Positions 9,858-20,409 of a stretch of 43,657 bases of DNA are shown one piece after another (position 1 is the first letter of the stretch; every line of letters begins with the position of its first letter). A model generated the notes under the pieces. The model saw only the letters and a program-made list of their open reading frames with translations. It ran no database searches and was not told the DNA's origin. The stretch lies in sequence record SRR22947727_4407. One strand, 5' to 3'. The translations under genes were made by a program, and so were the position numbers.

Positions 9858-11036
9858 TCACAAAACCGAACGCACAATTCCCGGTGCAATCGCGCCCAAA
9901 AGCGTCAACAGGGCGATAGCAACAATCACTGAAATCACGAGGACAGCGAGCGCTTCAAAAGCGACCAGCAGCCGAATCGTTGATAAATCAGCCCCGAGAT
10001 TTCGAAGGTTCGAAAACTCACGAATGCGAAGTTTGTTCGACAATAAAAACACCAAAATCGCGATGCCGAAGGTGGCAATTCCGACTGCCACAAGAGCGGC
10101 AATGACGAAATTCCGAATTTGAAAGACGGTTGAGAACAACTCGTCGGTCACCACGGCCGGATCGGCGAGCTGAACCGACTCCGTCGCCGATTCCTGATAG
10201 CGCCCTTTCAAAATTATGCCCGATTTTTGATCTCTCGGGATCACGATCGCCGCAGTAATCGGGAATTCACCAGCGTCTCCATGAAAATGAAAATCACCGA
10301 CATTGTCCGGCGTGATTTCATTGAATTGAACCACCGACGCATTGAGAACGGGGTTGCCCTCCGCATCCATGCTGAGCACCGATTTCTTGTCTTTCGGATC
10401 CACTTCATCATGGCCGTGAGCAAGCCCTTCAATGACCCACGCCGTCTTCACATCGCAGAAAACTGCGCGATCATCGGCATTTCCAGATCGGGTTAGAACA
10501 CCTGTGATCCGCATTTTTAAAGGATAAACCCCAGCCAGATCAAACATCGCTTCAGGTGTGGATATGATCGAATCACCTACGCCAAGACCTAGCTCCGCCG
10601 CGACTTCTGCTCCGAGAACACAATCGCCTAACCTGGCCATAAAATTACCTGAATCCGTTTTCAAATTCCGAAATCGAAAGTAGTCGATCGAAGTCCCCAC
10701 GATCCGAAATCCGTCCGCCGAAAACTTCGCGTAAATCGGGATCGTATTTGCTAAATCCCCGACCTCTTTTGATTTCTGAATCGGGAACGTCGCGATTGCC
10801 GGTTTGGAAAAATAGAGCCCGTTGAAAACCAACTCCAGCGGACTGCCCTGCGCACCCAACATCAGGGGCGTCACTCGTGCCCGCGATCGCAAATGAGATT
10901 CCGCTTCTTTTACAAAAATCGAAATCCCAAACGGCAGAATGATCGAAAGCGATAACGCCGCCACCAACAATACGACTTTGCCCCGCTGTCTTCGGAGGTA
11001 GCGCGTGCCGAGGTGAATGATGCCCGAGGAGTTCAT
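9858..11036 (-). CDS. ABC transporter permease (FtsX/MacB-like)
   Basis: N-terminal TM, large periplasmic domain, C-terminal TMs with RIREFSNLRNLGA; 4-bp overlap with the ATPase gene. Confidence 0.88.
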   Translation of the reverse strand: MNSSGIIHLGTRYLRRQRGKVVLLVAALSLSIILPFGISIFVKEAESHLRSRARVTPLMLGAQGSPLELVFNGLYFSKPAIATFPIQKSKEVGDLANTIPIYAKFSADGFRIVGTSIDYFRFRNLKTDSGNFMARLGDCVLGAEVAAELGLGVGDSIISTPEAMFDLAGVYPLKMRITGVLTRSGNADDRAVFCDVKTAWVIEGLAHGHDEVDPKDKKSVLSMDAEGNPVLNASVVQFNEITPDNVGDFHFHGDAGEFPITAAIVIPRDQKSGIILKGRYQESATESVQLADPAVVTDELFSTVFQIRNFVIAALVAVGIATFGIAILVFLLSNKLRIREFSNLRNLGADLSTIRLLVAFEALAVLVISVIVAIALLTLLGAIAPGIVRSVL

Positions 11037-11686
11037 ATCGCCTCCCCCATGTTAATGACCCGCTCAAAATTCAGCAGCAAATCGTGCTCGTGCGTCACCA
11101 TTAACAACGTGGCCTCACATCGGTTAGCCTCGGATTTCAAAAGATCGACCGCCTTTTGCTGATTTTCAGGATCGAGATTTCCGGTCGGCTCATCGGCTAA
11201 AATGATCTTGGGATTGGTCACCAAGGCCCGGCAAATCGAAACCCGCTGACGTTCGCCCTGCGACATTTCTGCAGGATGACGATCCAGCAAATGATCAATA
11301 CCTGCGGTCGCCGCTAAAGTTTCGCAACGGCCTTGTGCGGCTTCGTCGAGCAGCAATGCAGAGCTCACCCGATAAGGCAGCAGGATATTTTCGCGGGCCG
11401 TCAGGTAATCGAGCAATTCGAATTCCTGAAAAACCAACCCGATGTTTTTGATTCGAAACTGCTGCAATTCGTTTTGCGACATTTCATGAACCGACAGGGT
11501 CTGCACGTTGATCGAACCCTGTTCGATCGGAAGAATCCCCGCAACTAGTCGGAGCAGGGTCGTCTTCCCGCAACCGCTCGGCCCGATCACTGCTGTGTGC
11601 TGGCCCTCTGGAATTTTCAAATCGTCGACCGCCAACGCGAAGGAATCGCGCGGGTAAGAAAATCGGACGTTTTGGAGGTGAATCAT
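11033..11686 (-). CDS. ABC transporter ATP-binding protein (LolD-like)
   Basis: Walker A GPSGCGKT, signature MSQGERQR, Walker B ILADEPTGNLD, H-loop VTH. Confidence 0.96.
   Translation of the reverse strand: MIHLQNVRFSYPRDSFALAVDDLKIPEGQHTAVIGPSGCGKTTLLRLVAGILPIEQGSINVQTLSVHEMSQNELQQFRIKNIGLVFQEFELLDYLTARENILLPYRVSSALLLDEAAQGRCETLAATAGIDHLLDRHPAEMSQGERQRVSICRALVTNPKIILADEPTGNLDPENQQKAVDLLKSEANRCEATLLMVTHEHDLLLNFERVINMGEAI
11486..11530. repeat. 45-bp element, copy 3 (inside ABC ATPase gene)
   Basis: A TGAACCGA CAGGG TCTGCACG T TGATCGAA CCCTG TTCGATCG G with the TTTC left flank seen in other copies; equals codons 53-67, PIEQGSINVQTLSVH. Confidence 0.8.
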
Positions 11687-11768
11687 CGGCCCTGAAATTT
11701 AGACACAATTGACGAGAATTACAGAAATGATTCCTCAGATTTTTTCGGTCGAAGTCCAATTGCCTCCA

Positions 11769-11990
11769 TCAATCTTCGATCGTTGTTGGCAACAACAACG
11801 CATCGCAATTGGTACAGTGGTAGGAACGTGCGCCCATAGACGGCCGCAAATAATCGACCCACTTCTTTTCTTTGAACGAAAAAATTTGAAGCACCGAGCT
11901 ACCCAATTCAAAGAATAGAAAATTCCACGGCTTACGATTCAATTCCGCAACCACTTGTTCCATTTCACTTTCACAATTAGGACATTTCAT
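11769..11990 (-). CDS. Small zinc-ribbon protein
   Basis: MKCPNCESEM...YHCTNC, two CxxC motifs; ATG 11990. Confidence 0.7.
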   Translation of the reverse strand: MKCPNCESEMEQVVAELNRKPWNFLFFELGSSVLQIFSFKEKKWVDYLRPSMGARSYHCTNCDALLLPTTIED

Positions 11991-12000
11991 CTTCAAAATT

Positions 12001-13239
12001 TCACTCAGAATTCTTCTTCGATTGCTGATCAATCCGCTCCTCGTTCACCAGTTTCAGATCACTCAGCTTCCACACATTGCCCACGGGATCGACGGTCAAA
12101 ACCGCGTCGTACCGATTGGTGCGTTCATGGGTGTGCCCCCAATGTGTGACGGTTCCCGCCGTGATCCAATTACAATCCGCGATGAATCCTGCAGTGGCTG
12201 TTTGCTCGGTCGGATCGCATTTTCTCAAATCCACATTGTAAACGCGGACCCGCGCGCCACCTTGGTTTTCCAGTTGAAGCGACGCCTGAATTTCGAGATA
12301 AATTTTCTCTAACAAATTACCTGCCACGCTTTTGTCCAACGCATCGTAGACATCGGATTCACTTCGATATTCGAACGCTTTGTAAACGTTCCGCAACAGG
12401 GCATACGTCACGCTTTCCGCCGCATCAGCGCTCACCAATTCAGGTTTCGAAAACGGATTCGGTAGCGGAATTCGCGGGGCTTTTCGTAGAACAACCGCCG
12501 CAGCGATACAAACAATCAAACCGATGCCCGCCCATGCGGGAGCTCCTTTTTTCGCAAATGCAATGGCAATAACAAAACCAAAACCAATCACCGAAATAAT
12601 GAGCGACCACGGTAAATTCAATGGCTTCCTGCTGTTCGGTGCTGGAACATTTTCGAGCGTTGGCGTCACCAATTCGTTGTCGGAATTCTGCCACATCACG
12701 GTATTTTTCGAAGGCGTCACGATGCGGGCGGACCACTTACCGGGGCTGCCGAATTCGACCGTCGCCTCTTGAATCTCGTCAGTGAAAAAATCCCATTTCA
12801 GCTCCACCGTCTCGGGCGGGGCTGGAATTTTCGCCGCAAAGACCAATCCGATTTTCGCCTCGGCCAACGGAATTTGTTCGCGGTCATCCACGGCGATTCC
12901 AAGCACGGGATCGGGCTTCACAAAGTCGACTCGAGTCAATTCATGGGCCAGCGGCCCTGCATCAGTTGTCACTGAGAACTTCGTTCCTGACAACTGCTTC
13001 ATCTTTTTTTGCAACAGTTCACGAACCACGCCTGCATCCAGGTTTTCACCCTTTGGTAACTCCAATGCGTCAACCACGGCGGCAGCCTCCAGTAAAAATT
13101 CAACCCGCGTTTCAAATGGCTCGACAATGAGAAATCCCCGAATGGGTGAATCCTTTTTTTGCCCAAACGCAGCCCCGGCAGACAACCCAACAAATACGGC
13201 AATCAAAATGGCTGGGACTCTTTTTTCTGAAAATAACAT
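12001..13239 (-). CDS. Hypothetical membrane/exported protein upstream of the ABC transporter genes
   Basis: Signal peptide, two internal TMs and a C-terminal WITAGTVTHWGHTHERTNRY motif; co-oriented with the ABC genes. Confidence 0.8.
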   Translation of the reverse strand: MLFSEKRVPAILIAVFVGLSAGAAFGQKKDSPIRGFLIVEPFETRVEFLLEAAAVVDALELPKGENLDAGVVRELLQKKMKQLSGTKFSVTTDAGPLAHELTRVDFVKPDPVLGIAVDDREQIPLAEAKIGLVFAAKIPAPPETVELKWDFFTDEIQEATVEFGSPGKWSARIVTPSKNTVMWQNSDNELVTPTLENVPAPNSRKPLNLPWSLIISVIGFGFVIAIAFAKKGAPAWAGIGLIVCIAAAVVLRKAPRIPLPNPFSKPELVSADAAESVTYALLRNVYKAFEYRSESDVYDALDKSVAGNLLEKIYLEIQASLQLENQGGARVRVYNVDLRKCDPTEQTATAGFIADCNWITAGTVTHWGHTHERTNRYDAVLTVDPVGNVWKLSDLKLVNEERIDQQSKKNSE

Positions 13240-13330
13240 CGCCACACGTATGCAACCAATTCACCCGAGATTCACACGAAAAAACGGATTTGATTGCGTG
13301 ATGCGTCATTTTCTGTCCTAGTTGCCAAAG

Positions 13331-14278
13331 ATGTTTTCGAAACGGCAACTCGTTTTCCTCATCGCGATTGTCATCATCGGCAGTGCGATTGGTTTCAATA
13401 CAGCTGCGCAAAACAAACGAATTCGTCGCCTCGCAGCAACCGAAGCAAAACTCGCCTATTATTCAAGCGCTCTGGAAATCAACCGCCGCTACGTTGACGA
13501 TCTCGCCGCCAAGTTCCGAACGACTTCGGAACATCGTAAAGAACTGCAGGACTCAATCGAGAAACGGAACGAACTTGAATCTGCAATTCAGACGCTAAGA
13601 AAGGAGCCGGAGCCCGATTCAAAGGTGAAATGGGCGACGGGAGCGACCGTTCTTGTCGAGGAGTTCATTGTCCCCCGGGAGACTGCAGAGAAACTGTTAG
13701 GAAAATTTGATCGGCGCGATTTGGACCAGGAGATGCGCGAAGAACTTCTGGCAAGACCCAATCATGTCCGCTTTCAACACCGGTTCGAAACGGTTGTTTT
13801 ACCGGCCTTGACCGCCAAAAACCAAATCCGCCGCTCTTTTGAGTTCGGCCAGCAAGGGGAATTCACGACCTCCTTCTCAGACACGACTGTCGGTGAGCTT
13901 TCACCCATTCAGCATGCCCGGAACACCAAAGGTAGCTACGCCAGCGGCCTGGAAGAGCTCATCGTTCACACTGCACTTGAACGCAACGAAGTGACCAGCC
14001 AGATAAGTTTCACACTCCGCGAGTCTGCTGGATTTACTCTGGGGACCTGGTCGATTTACCGTATTGCCGAGCCCTTCCAAAATCCAAAATGGGTCTATCG
14101 AATTCAGCTCGACACTCAGCTTCCGGTTGCACCGAATCGGTTTCAATATATCGGTTCAAGCCCATTCCAAGTGAGAACAGGAGATCGTTCCAGTTCAGGC
14201 CAAAACCAGGGGACGATGCTGGTATTCACCAAGGTGGATTTTCACAATGACGGTAAAGCTGAACCCGCTGTCGAATGA
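13331..14278 (+). CDS. Membrane-anchored protein with coiled coil and possible secretin-like domain (1 of 3)
   Basis: N-terminal TM, coiled coil, then TVLVEEFIVPRETAEKLL...EMREELL and a beta-rich C-terminus; 4-bp overlap with the next gene. Confidence 0.6.
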   Translation: MFSKRQLVFLIAIVIIGSAIGFNTAAQNKRIRRLAATEAKLAYYSSALEINRRYVDDLAAKFRTTSEHRKELQDSIEKRNELESAIQTLRKEPEPDSKVKWATGATVLVEEFIVPRETAEKLLGKFDRRDLDQEMREELLARPNHVRFQHRFETVVLPALTAKNQIRRSFEFGQQGEFTTSFSDTTVGELSPIQHARNTKGSYASGLEELIVHTALERNEVTSQISFTLRESAGFTLGTWSIYRIAEPFQNPKWVYRIQLDTQLPVAPNRFQYIGSSPFQVRTGDRSSSGQNQGTMLVFTKVDFHNDGKAEPAVE

Positions 14279-15132
14279 ACAATCAGAATTTACAATTCAG
14301 TTTCATCGTTCTCATCGCTACTTTTCTGACAGGCTGCGAACCGGGATTTTACGAACAAAAATTGAATTCAAAGATTGATAATCACCTCGACAAAATTCGG
14401 AATCTGAACGAATCAATCGCAAATGCCGAATCCGAAATCAAGAGCCATCAACCGCTCGCTTTCGAAGCTCAACCTGAAGTAAGATCAAATTCCCGAACTT
14501 TTTTTCGGGTCGATGAACGGATGGACTTCTTACTGCTTCAAAAGCGATGTGAAGTGGATAAAAAATGGCTGAAATCTCACAACGACGTTACCGGCGAGGA
14601 TTTGCTTGCCGCAATAGAGTTCGATGAAAAAATCAAACTTGAGACTCTAGCCTGCACCCGATTTCCCGCCGATCATTTCCAATTTTCTGAATCCGTTTCA
14701 AATTCGAATCGCCAATTTTTTGTCAAGCCTTCGACCGGAGAAGATGGAAATCGTTCAATCCAGCAATTCCGTGACGTGTTCGGCTACCCTCTCGATCAAC
14801 TCATCTTAACTCAATCATTTGTCGTGGTGCCGGACGGAAATACATTACGAATTAACGCCGCGTTTGATCCCGACCAACAAGTCGTTCAATTGGAAATCTC
14901 TCACAACCATTTCTCGAATCCGGCCCTCGAAAAAATCCTTTTCCGTGATCGAACGAACTCACCTTCCCCTGAATTTTTCGAAATGGCAATCCCGGCCCCG
15001 AAAGCCTCAACCCATCAAACGCACACTGTCCGGGTGCCAATCTCTCAGTGGCTGATATCATCCACTCTTCCCTTATCTAACAACCCCAATCGGGTTACCC
15101 TTCATTTTCTCAAGGCAATCGAAGTGAACTGA
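14275..15132 (+). CDS. Lipoprotein with possible secretin-like domain (2 of 3)
   Basis: Lipobox FLTGC, coiled coil and a beta-rich C-terminus with the same layout as its neighbours. Confidence 0.6.
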   Translation: MNNQNLQFSFIVLIATFLTGCEPGFYEQKLNSKIDNHLDKIRNLNESIANAESEIKSHQPLAFEAQPEVRSNSRTFFRVDERMDFLLLQKRCEVDKKWLKSHNDVTGEDLLAAIEFDEKIKLETLACTRFPADHFQFSESVSNSNRQFFVKPSTGEDGNRSIQQFRDVFGYPLDQLILTQSFVVVPDGNTLRINAAFDPDQQVVQLEISHNHFSNPALEKILFRDRTNSPSPEFFEMAIPAPKASTHQTHTVRVPISQWLISSTLPLSNNPNRVTLHFLKAIEVN

Positions 15133-15990
15133 ATGAATCTATTTTTTCAAAATTCTCCCTCCATCCTTTTCTTAATCGGCTGCGCGATCTTCTCAGTTAG
15201 CTGTAGCGAGAACGGTGATTCAGCAGCGATGAAGGAAACGCTTTTGCAAACCGAAGTGGAGCTCCTTTCCAAGCGACTTGAGTCATTAGATCAAGAGATG
15301 GACCTCCAGGTTTTACAGTTGGAGAAAGACCAACGATTGCTCATTCGGGGATCCTCGATGAGCATTCGAGATCTCGGCGAAGCCAACTTAACAGCAAAAA
15401 TTGAGCGCTTTCTTCTTTCGCCAGAAGACTTTTCCACGCTGCTTGAAAACGGAAACGTCAGCGAACTTCACAACGGGATTCAGAAACTCGTTTCGGAAAA
15501 CAAGGCGACTACCAAACCAATTTTCATTGCCAGTCTTTCGACCGTCAGCAGAAAAGGTGAACCTCCAAAATTTACCGTTTCGGATCAGAATAATCTCAAC
15601 GTGCCCATTAATTTTGAACCCGTTTTGAGGAATGAAATAGAAAAGCCGGACTCAAAGCTGGCGCCCAACGAATGGATGAAAGAGGACCTCGGGACGTCCT
15701 TCACTGCTGATTTACTAGCGCGGGAAGACGACCGGTTTTTACTCGACTTGGAATTCAAAGACACCACTCGACTGAAGAACGAGCGCTATCCATTTCCCAA
15801 AATATTCGTCGAAAAAGATCCCGGTCACCTCGATATGCCGGTTTTTCATCAGGGCGAAATTGAGACCACAATCACTGCCGCTGTTGGTGTCGCAGAATTT
15901 ATCGGGACAACGATCATCCCTGGATTCGAAGTCGAAAATCCAGAGCAATTTCAGGCAGTGTTTATCACAATTTTGGGTGACACGAAGTAA
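15133..15990 (+). CDS. Lipoprotein with possible secretin-like domain (3 of 3)
   Basis: Lipobox SVSC; VPINFEP, EDLGTSFTAD, MPVFHQGEIETTIT...G...IG, resembling the secretin C-terminal pattern. Confidence 0.65.
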   Translation: MNLFFQNSPSILFLIGCAIFSVSCSENGDSAAMKETLLQTEVELLSKRLESLDQEMDLQVLQLEKDQRLLIRGSSMSIRDLGEANLTAKIERFLLSPEDFSTLLENGNVSELHNGIQKLVSENKATTKPIFIASLSTVSRKGEPPKFTVSDQNNLNVPINFEPVLRNEIEKPDSKLAPNEWMKEDLGTSFTADLLAREDDRFLLDLEFKDTTRLKNERYPFPKIFVEKDPGHLDMPVFHQGEIETTITAAVGVAEFIGTTIIPGFEVENPEQFQAVFITILGDTK

Positions 15991-16026
15991 CCGGGTTGGC
16001 TCGCCAAACACACCCTGTTCGTTCGA
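15982..16026. repeat. 45-bp element, copy 4 (contains the stop codon of 15133-15990; convergent gene ends)
   Basis: A CGAAGTAA CCGGG TTGGCTCG C CAAACACA CCCTG TTCGTTCG A. Confidence 0.85.
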
Positions 16027-16031
16027 AAAGA

Positions 16032-18656
16032 TCACTCTTCGTGGGTATCGATTTCTCCGGTGAACTGCCCGGGATTTTTTTCCCGAAGTATTTTCAATGC
16101 CTCCGCCTTTGAAACCGGAAGCGCCTCGCTCTCGTCGAGCCCCGGAGTTCGCGACAATTCAAGAGCGCAATGATTCAGGTAGAGCTGCTCGGGCGTGGGA
16201 GGCGTTTCAAACTCTTCAAACGACGACCAGGTCATTGTACCTCCTTGAAGTCTGTAGGCGGTTTCGAACGGGTCGCTATCGTTAAATCGATAAGTGAATT
16301 TGAATAGATAGAGCGGCACTTTTTCCTCAAGTAGCGGCCAAAAAATCTCGCGCGTATCAAACGGCTCAATCGTCTCCGGCGCGCCACCAAGTCCATTTGG
16401 ATGACTAAGCCATTCCATCATGGCCGCCTTCGCCGCGAAGTCGGGTTCGAGCGCCGCCGCGGGGATGTCGGCTTCGTGATCCAATTCGATCAAATAGTTT
16501 TTTGCGGTCTCCGACCAATAGGGTTTTAAGGTGGCATCCTGGAGAACTTTGAGCCCTCGCTTTGCCTCCGCGCTTTTCACTTCTGCCCACGCCGTTTCCA
16601 GTTGAATGTCATATCCAGGATGGGCGTAGCCAAGTTCGAAGGCACTATTACTACTTTTGTGTTTGATGAACCCGAGTGCGAGCGCAGCTGAAAACGAGTG
16701 ATCCATTTCATCAGGGCCCACAGGTTGGAGCCATTTTTTCAGCTGCTCAATCCCCTGTTCTGAGTCAAAGAAATGGAGGTTGTCCGGCTCGACTTCAAAG
16801 AATAAATCATTGTTCCATTCGAGCGATCGTGCTCCCATCATTCCAGTTGGTGGACTCTTTCGAAGCAGGATATCAACGGGTTCGAAGGTGGGAAGTTCGG
16901 GATCTAATGAAGAAAAGACCTCACTCCAAATCGAAGATTCCGCACCGAAATTTGAGGCAATCAATTCCGCAACCAATTCACCAGATTCCTCAGTCCCTAC
17001 ATTCATCAGGGTATCAAGTGTCCACACAGTGAAGTTTACAGTCTCTTCCGACTGCTGCGATTTTCGTGTAGCCACACTGCGAACATAATCATGGAAAAGA
17101 GGCACTATCTCTGTTTCAAACTGCCGAATAATCGATTCTTCCTCGATGTTGTAACCGAGATCGACCAGGTCAGAAATTCTCTGAGTTGCGGCAACCGAAT
17201 CAACTTTGGCCAACCGCTTCACGGCTGCCTTTAGCTGCGCGATATCTGCTGCCGTTGTCGGGGCGGCATCCACACTAAGGTTACTCAAGACGCCTTTCAG
17301 ATCTTCCGGACTTCCACTTCGCGCCAGCTATTCGGCAACTTCTGAAGCTAACGAAATGTCGTTCAATACCTTCCAGGCAGACTCTATTTCGGCCGAGGTG
17401 AAACTAATCTTGCAGGACTCTCCGGTATCTTCGAGAATTTTTTTCTGCAATCAATCCAGTCGTCGATGCGAGAATGTTGAAGTGGTCACCTTCCGCAACT
17501 GAGAAGGCGGTAAACGGTGTTCCCGTTGCGTTGGCCCGAGTCTGCATCGTATCAGCATCGTATCAGCATCGTAGTAATAATCTTCTTCACCCTCGAAGTA
17601 GAACGTGGGACTGGTGATTAATTTGGTATATCGAATCGGGCTTCTCAATTCGGTATCACGCGGACTTTTCTTATGATCATACGGAGTATTTCCGTAGCCG
17701 TAGCCCTCCCCCTCTTCGCCGTCAGTCATCAGCGCACCCATATCGGGGCGACCGCCAAAAGAAAATGCTGCACGAAAATCCGTTTCGGAACCGGATACCG
17801 CAGCTAGCAACGTGATCGTTCCACCGATGCTATGTCCGCCGATATAGACTCGCTCAGGGTCCACGTAGGGCAACGATTTAACATGCTCGATCGCAGCGAT
17901 GAAGTCATCGACTTCGCCATAGAAAAGCTCGAACTGACCCAGATTTTCGTTTTCCCCGCGAAACGATGGACACATCAAAACGATTCCCGCATCTCGAAAT
18001 GCCTGAGCCGATTGATCATTCAGACGATTTTGTTCACCCCATAAAAAATCGCCAATTCCCCCGAATCCACCTTTCGCCCAGACCATGGCGGGATGCCGTT
18101 TCCCATCACCGGGGTCCGGAGTGAGGTAGGCCGACATTTCACCGGCGGGCGAAGTATATTTGATCAAATCGAAATTCTCTTCGTCCGGCGGAGCAGGCGC
18201 CTCGCCATCAGATTCAAAATCAACCTCATCGGGATCCAGCCATTCTGTGTCGTGCCCTTTGCGATCTTCCAATAGCGCGACAGGTGCTTGACCCACCATC
18301 TGCGCGGCATTCATTAAATCCGAAAACGATTTGAATGCGAGCCCGATCAATCCGATCACGAGCACTCCAACAATCGCCAACGAAATCCATAGCCATTTTA
18401 GGGAACCCTTCTTGGGCGCACTCACAGTGGCCGTCTGTTGCCGGAGCGGCGGCGGAGTTGTGCGAGCAATTGTCGTTGGTCCTGCCTTAGGCAACGGAGG
18501 CGGGGCTGTGGGCGCCCCCAGGAGACCCAATACAGTTAACGCTTCGCTCTGCCCCTCGGGGATCACAAATTGATTGGGATCGATCTGTCCGCTTGAAACC
18601 CGTTCCCGGATTTCTGCAATTGTCAGGGCGGTGCCGTCGGGGAAAAAATAATTCAT
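16032..18656 (-). pseudogene. Disrupted multidomain gene: GYF-like N-terminus, TM, alpha/beta-hydrolase (S9 peptidase-like), helical-repeat C-terminal domain
   Basis: KGGFGG and GHSIGG nucleophile motifs. An 11-bp duplication at 17544-17573 shifts GDHFNIL (catalytic His motif) out of frame. The restored frame meets TAG at 17328-17330 and then continues in frame into ORF 16032-17288. Confidence 0.85.
17544..17573 (+). repeat. 11-bp tandem repeat, GCATCGTATCA x2.7
   Basis: gcatcgtatca gcatcgtatca gcatcgta, read directly. Confidence 0.95.
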
Positions 18657-18673
18657 CAGTAAAAAGATATTTC

Positions 18674-18718
18674 ACGATCCAACAGGGTCGATTCATCGAT
18701 CAAATACTATTGGATCGT
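18674..18718. repeat. 45-bp element, copy 5 (intergenic)
   Basis: A CGATCCAA CAGGG TCGATTCA T CGATCAAA TACTA TTGGATCG T. Confidence 0.92.
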
Positions 18719-18786
18719 GCTACAGCATTTTCTGCGGGACAGCATTGCGTCCGTCAATCACAGAGCCGTTCACTTCCGTTAAAAAT

Positions 18787-20241
18787 TCATTCTCCATCGA
18801 CAAATTGAATCGAATAAAGGTCGGATTCGTTCATGACAAATCGAAGCTGAATCACCTTACCCACAAGTGAACTGACGTCGGTGTTCCCCTCTTTTTCTTC
18901 GCCCCACTTGACGATACGGCTGATGTCATCGCCATAAATATCACGGGAATCGGCTTCAGAAAATCCAGGAAAAGGGTTGCCGGTTTTTGCATCGAGAATT
19001 TCCACCCGCATCCGCCCTGCCGCACTGGTCGAGTAATTGAGATCGAGATGCTTACCTGAAAAAATCAGCGGTTTGGTAATAAATTCTCCGGGTTCGTAGC
19101 CTGCATGAACAGAAATGAACCCATCCGTTCGGAGAACGTAATGCCCGCCGCCATACATGTACATCGACATCTCGCTTGGACCGGTTGGAACCACGCCCCA
19201 GGCAATATAGTTTGAGCGATTCCCCCAGCCTTGAGCGCCGAGCCCTGGCCGGATAAACGCTTCTTTAAATGGACGGTCATAGTGATCGCTTCCCGGTCGC
19301 GTGCTCATAAAAACGACATCCGTGATCGCAGCTCGCTTGGTCTGAAATCGAGTCGCCAATGCGATATAAAGGTGCGGAGCCCGAAAATAAGGCTGGGTTC
19401 CACTGGTATAAAGATGCTCACCGGGTTGATTCGCCTGCATTTCAGTCGGATCAGACCACGTGATGAAATCTTTACTCGTCACCCGACGCATCGAGCGATA
19501 GCCATTTCGAAACCACCGATAATAACAGACATAACACTGCTCCGCTTCCGACCAAAATGACACATTTTGCGAATCAAAATTTCCGATGGCCTCGGGAAGT
19601 ACGGGTGATTTTTGCATCAATTTCCATCGCAACCCGTCCGGCGAAGAAAAGGCGCACAATCCGCCCGGCCCGTATTTTTCAATCAGCTTGGCGCGTTCAT
19701 CTTCAGATTTCCAGCTTCCCCAATTTTCCGCAGGATAACGGCCACCACCAAGGGCTTTATAGCGCTCTTCTTTGGGAACACCCGGACGATTATCAATGAA
19801 GGGCGAGAAATTGTGTGTCTTTAGAAAAGTGCCTTCGTCCACATCCAGAACCACATTTCCTTTCGGCATCGATTCAATGTCATAGATCCCGAGGTCCGGC
19901 TCAACCCAGTCGTAACCATTTTTCGACTCAGCATAGAGCGTGACCTCGTTTTCGTGATACTTCCCCCAGCCGTTTCGCCAATGCATGCCCGGGATTTTGT
20001 CACCTCTGTAATATAACCGATAGCGGTCCCCATCTTTGAAAACCGTTGCGTAGTGACCACTCGGGCGCGGTGGCGACTTCGGCTTGAGCAAGGTCGGTTC
20101 ATGCAGTTTCAACTTTGTGCCCTCCATTTTCCCGATCAATAAATCATCGACGAAAAGCTCCCTGCGTCCGCCGATATCGACTGGCTCTTGCGCGAACAGC
20201 GGAATTGAAATCAGGGCGAAAAGTTTCAGCAATCGATTCAT
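18787..20241 (-). CDS. Secreted glycoside hydrolase-like beta-propeller protein
   Basis: Signal peptide, RRELFVDD, YAESKNGYDW, SSPDGLRW, FDSQN, LRTDGFISV; the family is a pattern-level guess. Confidence 0.7.
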   Translation of the reverse strand: MNRLLKLFALISIPLFAQEPVDIGGRRELFVDDLLIGKMEGTKLKLHEPTLLKPKSPPRPSGHYATVFKDGDRYRLYYRGDKIPGMHWRNGWGKYHENEVTLYAESKNGYDWVEPDLGIYDIESMPKGNVVLDVDEGTFLKTHNFSPFIDNRPGVPKEERYKALGGGRYPAENWGSWKSEDERAKLIEKYGPGGLCAFSSPDGLRWKLMQKSPVLPEAIGNFDSQNVSFWSEAEQCYVCYYRWFRNGYRSMRRVTSKDFITWSDPTEMQANQPGEHLYTSGTQPYFRAPHLYIALATRFQTKRAAITDVVFMSTRPGSDHYDRPFKEAFIRPGLGAQGWGNRSNYIAWGVVPTGPSEMSMYMYGGGHYVLRTDGFISVHAGYEPGEFITKPLIFSGKHLDLNYSTSAAGRMRVEILDAKTGNPFPGFSEADSRDIYGDDISRIVKWGEEKEGNTDVSSLVGKVIQLRFVMNESDLYSIQFVDGE

Positions 20242-20336
20242 AGAAGCCCTTCAAGCAAAGCGGAAAGCTCACTTTTTGTGAAGTGCGTGATGACGGAAGT
20301 TTTTTCAGGCCGCATGAGTTCCCGGCATTTGCCTAC

Positions 20337-20378
20337 AAAAAAACGGAGCCGCGACTGTTGAAAGCCGGACTCCGTTTT
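20337..20378 (-). terminator. Probable intrinsic terminator of the response regulator gene
   Basis: AAAACGGAG...CTCCGTTTT stem with a 7-nt U tract on the minus strand, about 30 bp past the stop. Confidence 0.7.
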
Positions 20379-20409
20379 CTAAATAGAAGAAGTTTTTGAA
20401 GCTGAAAAA

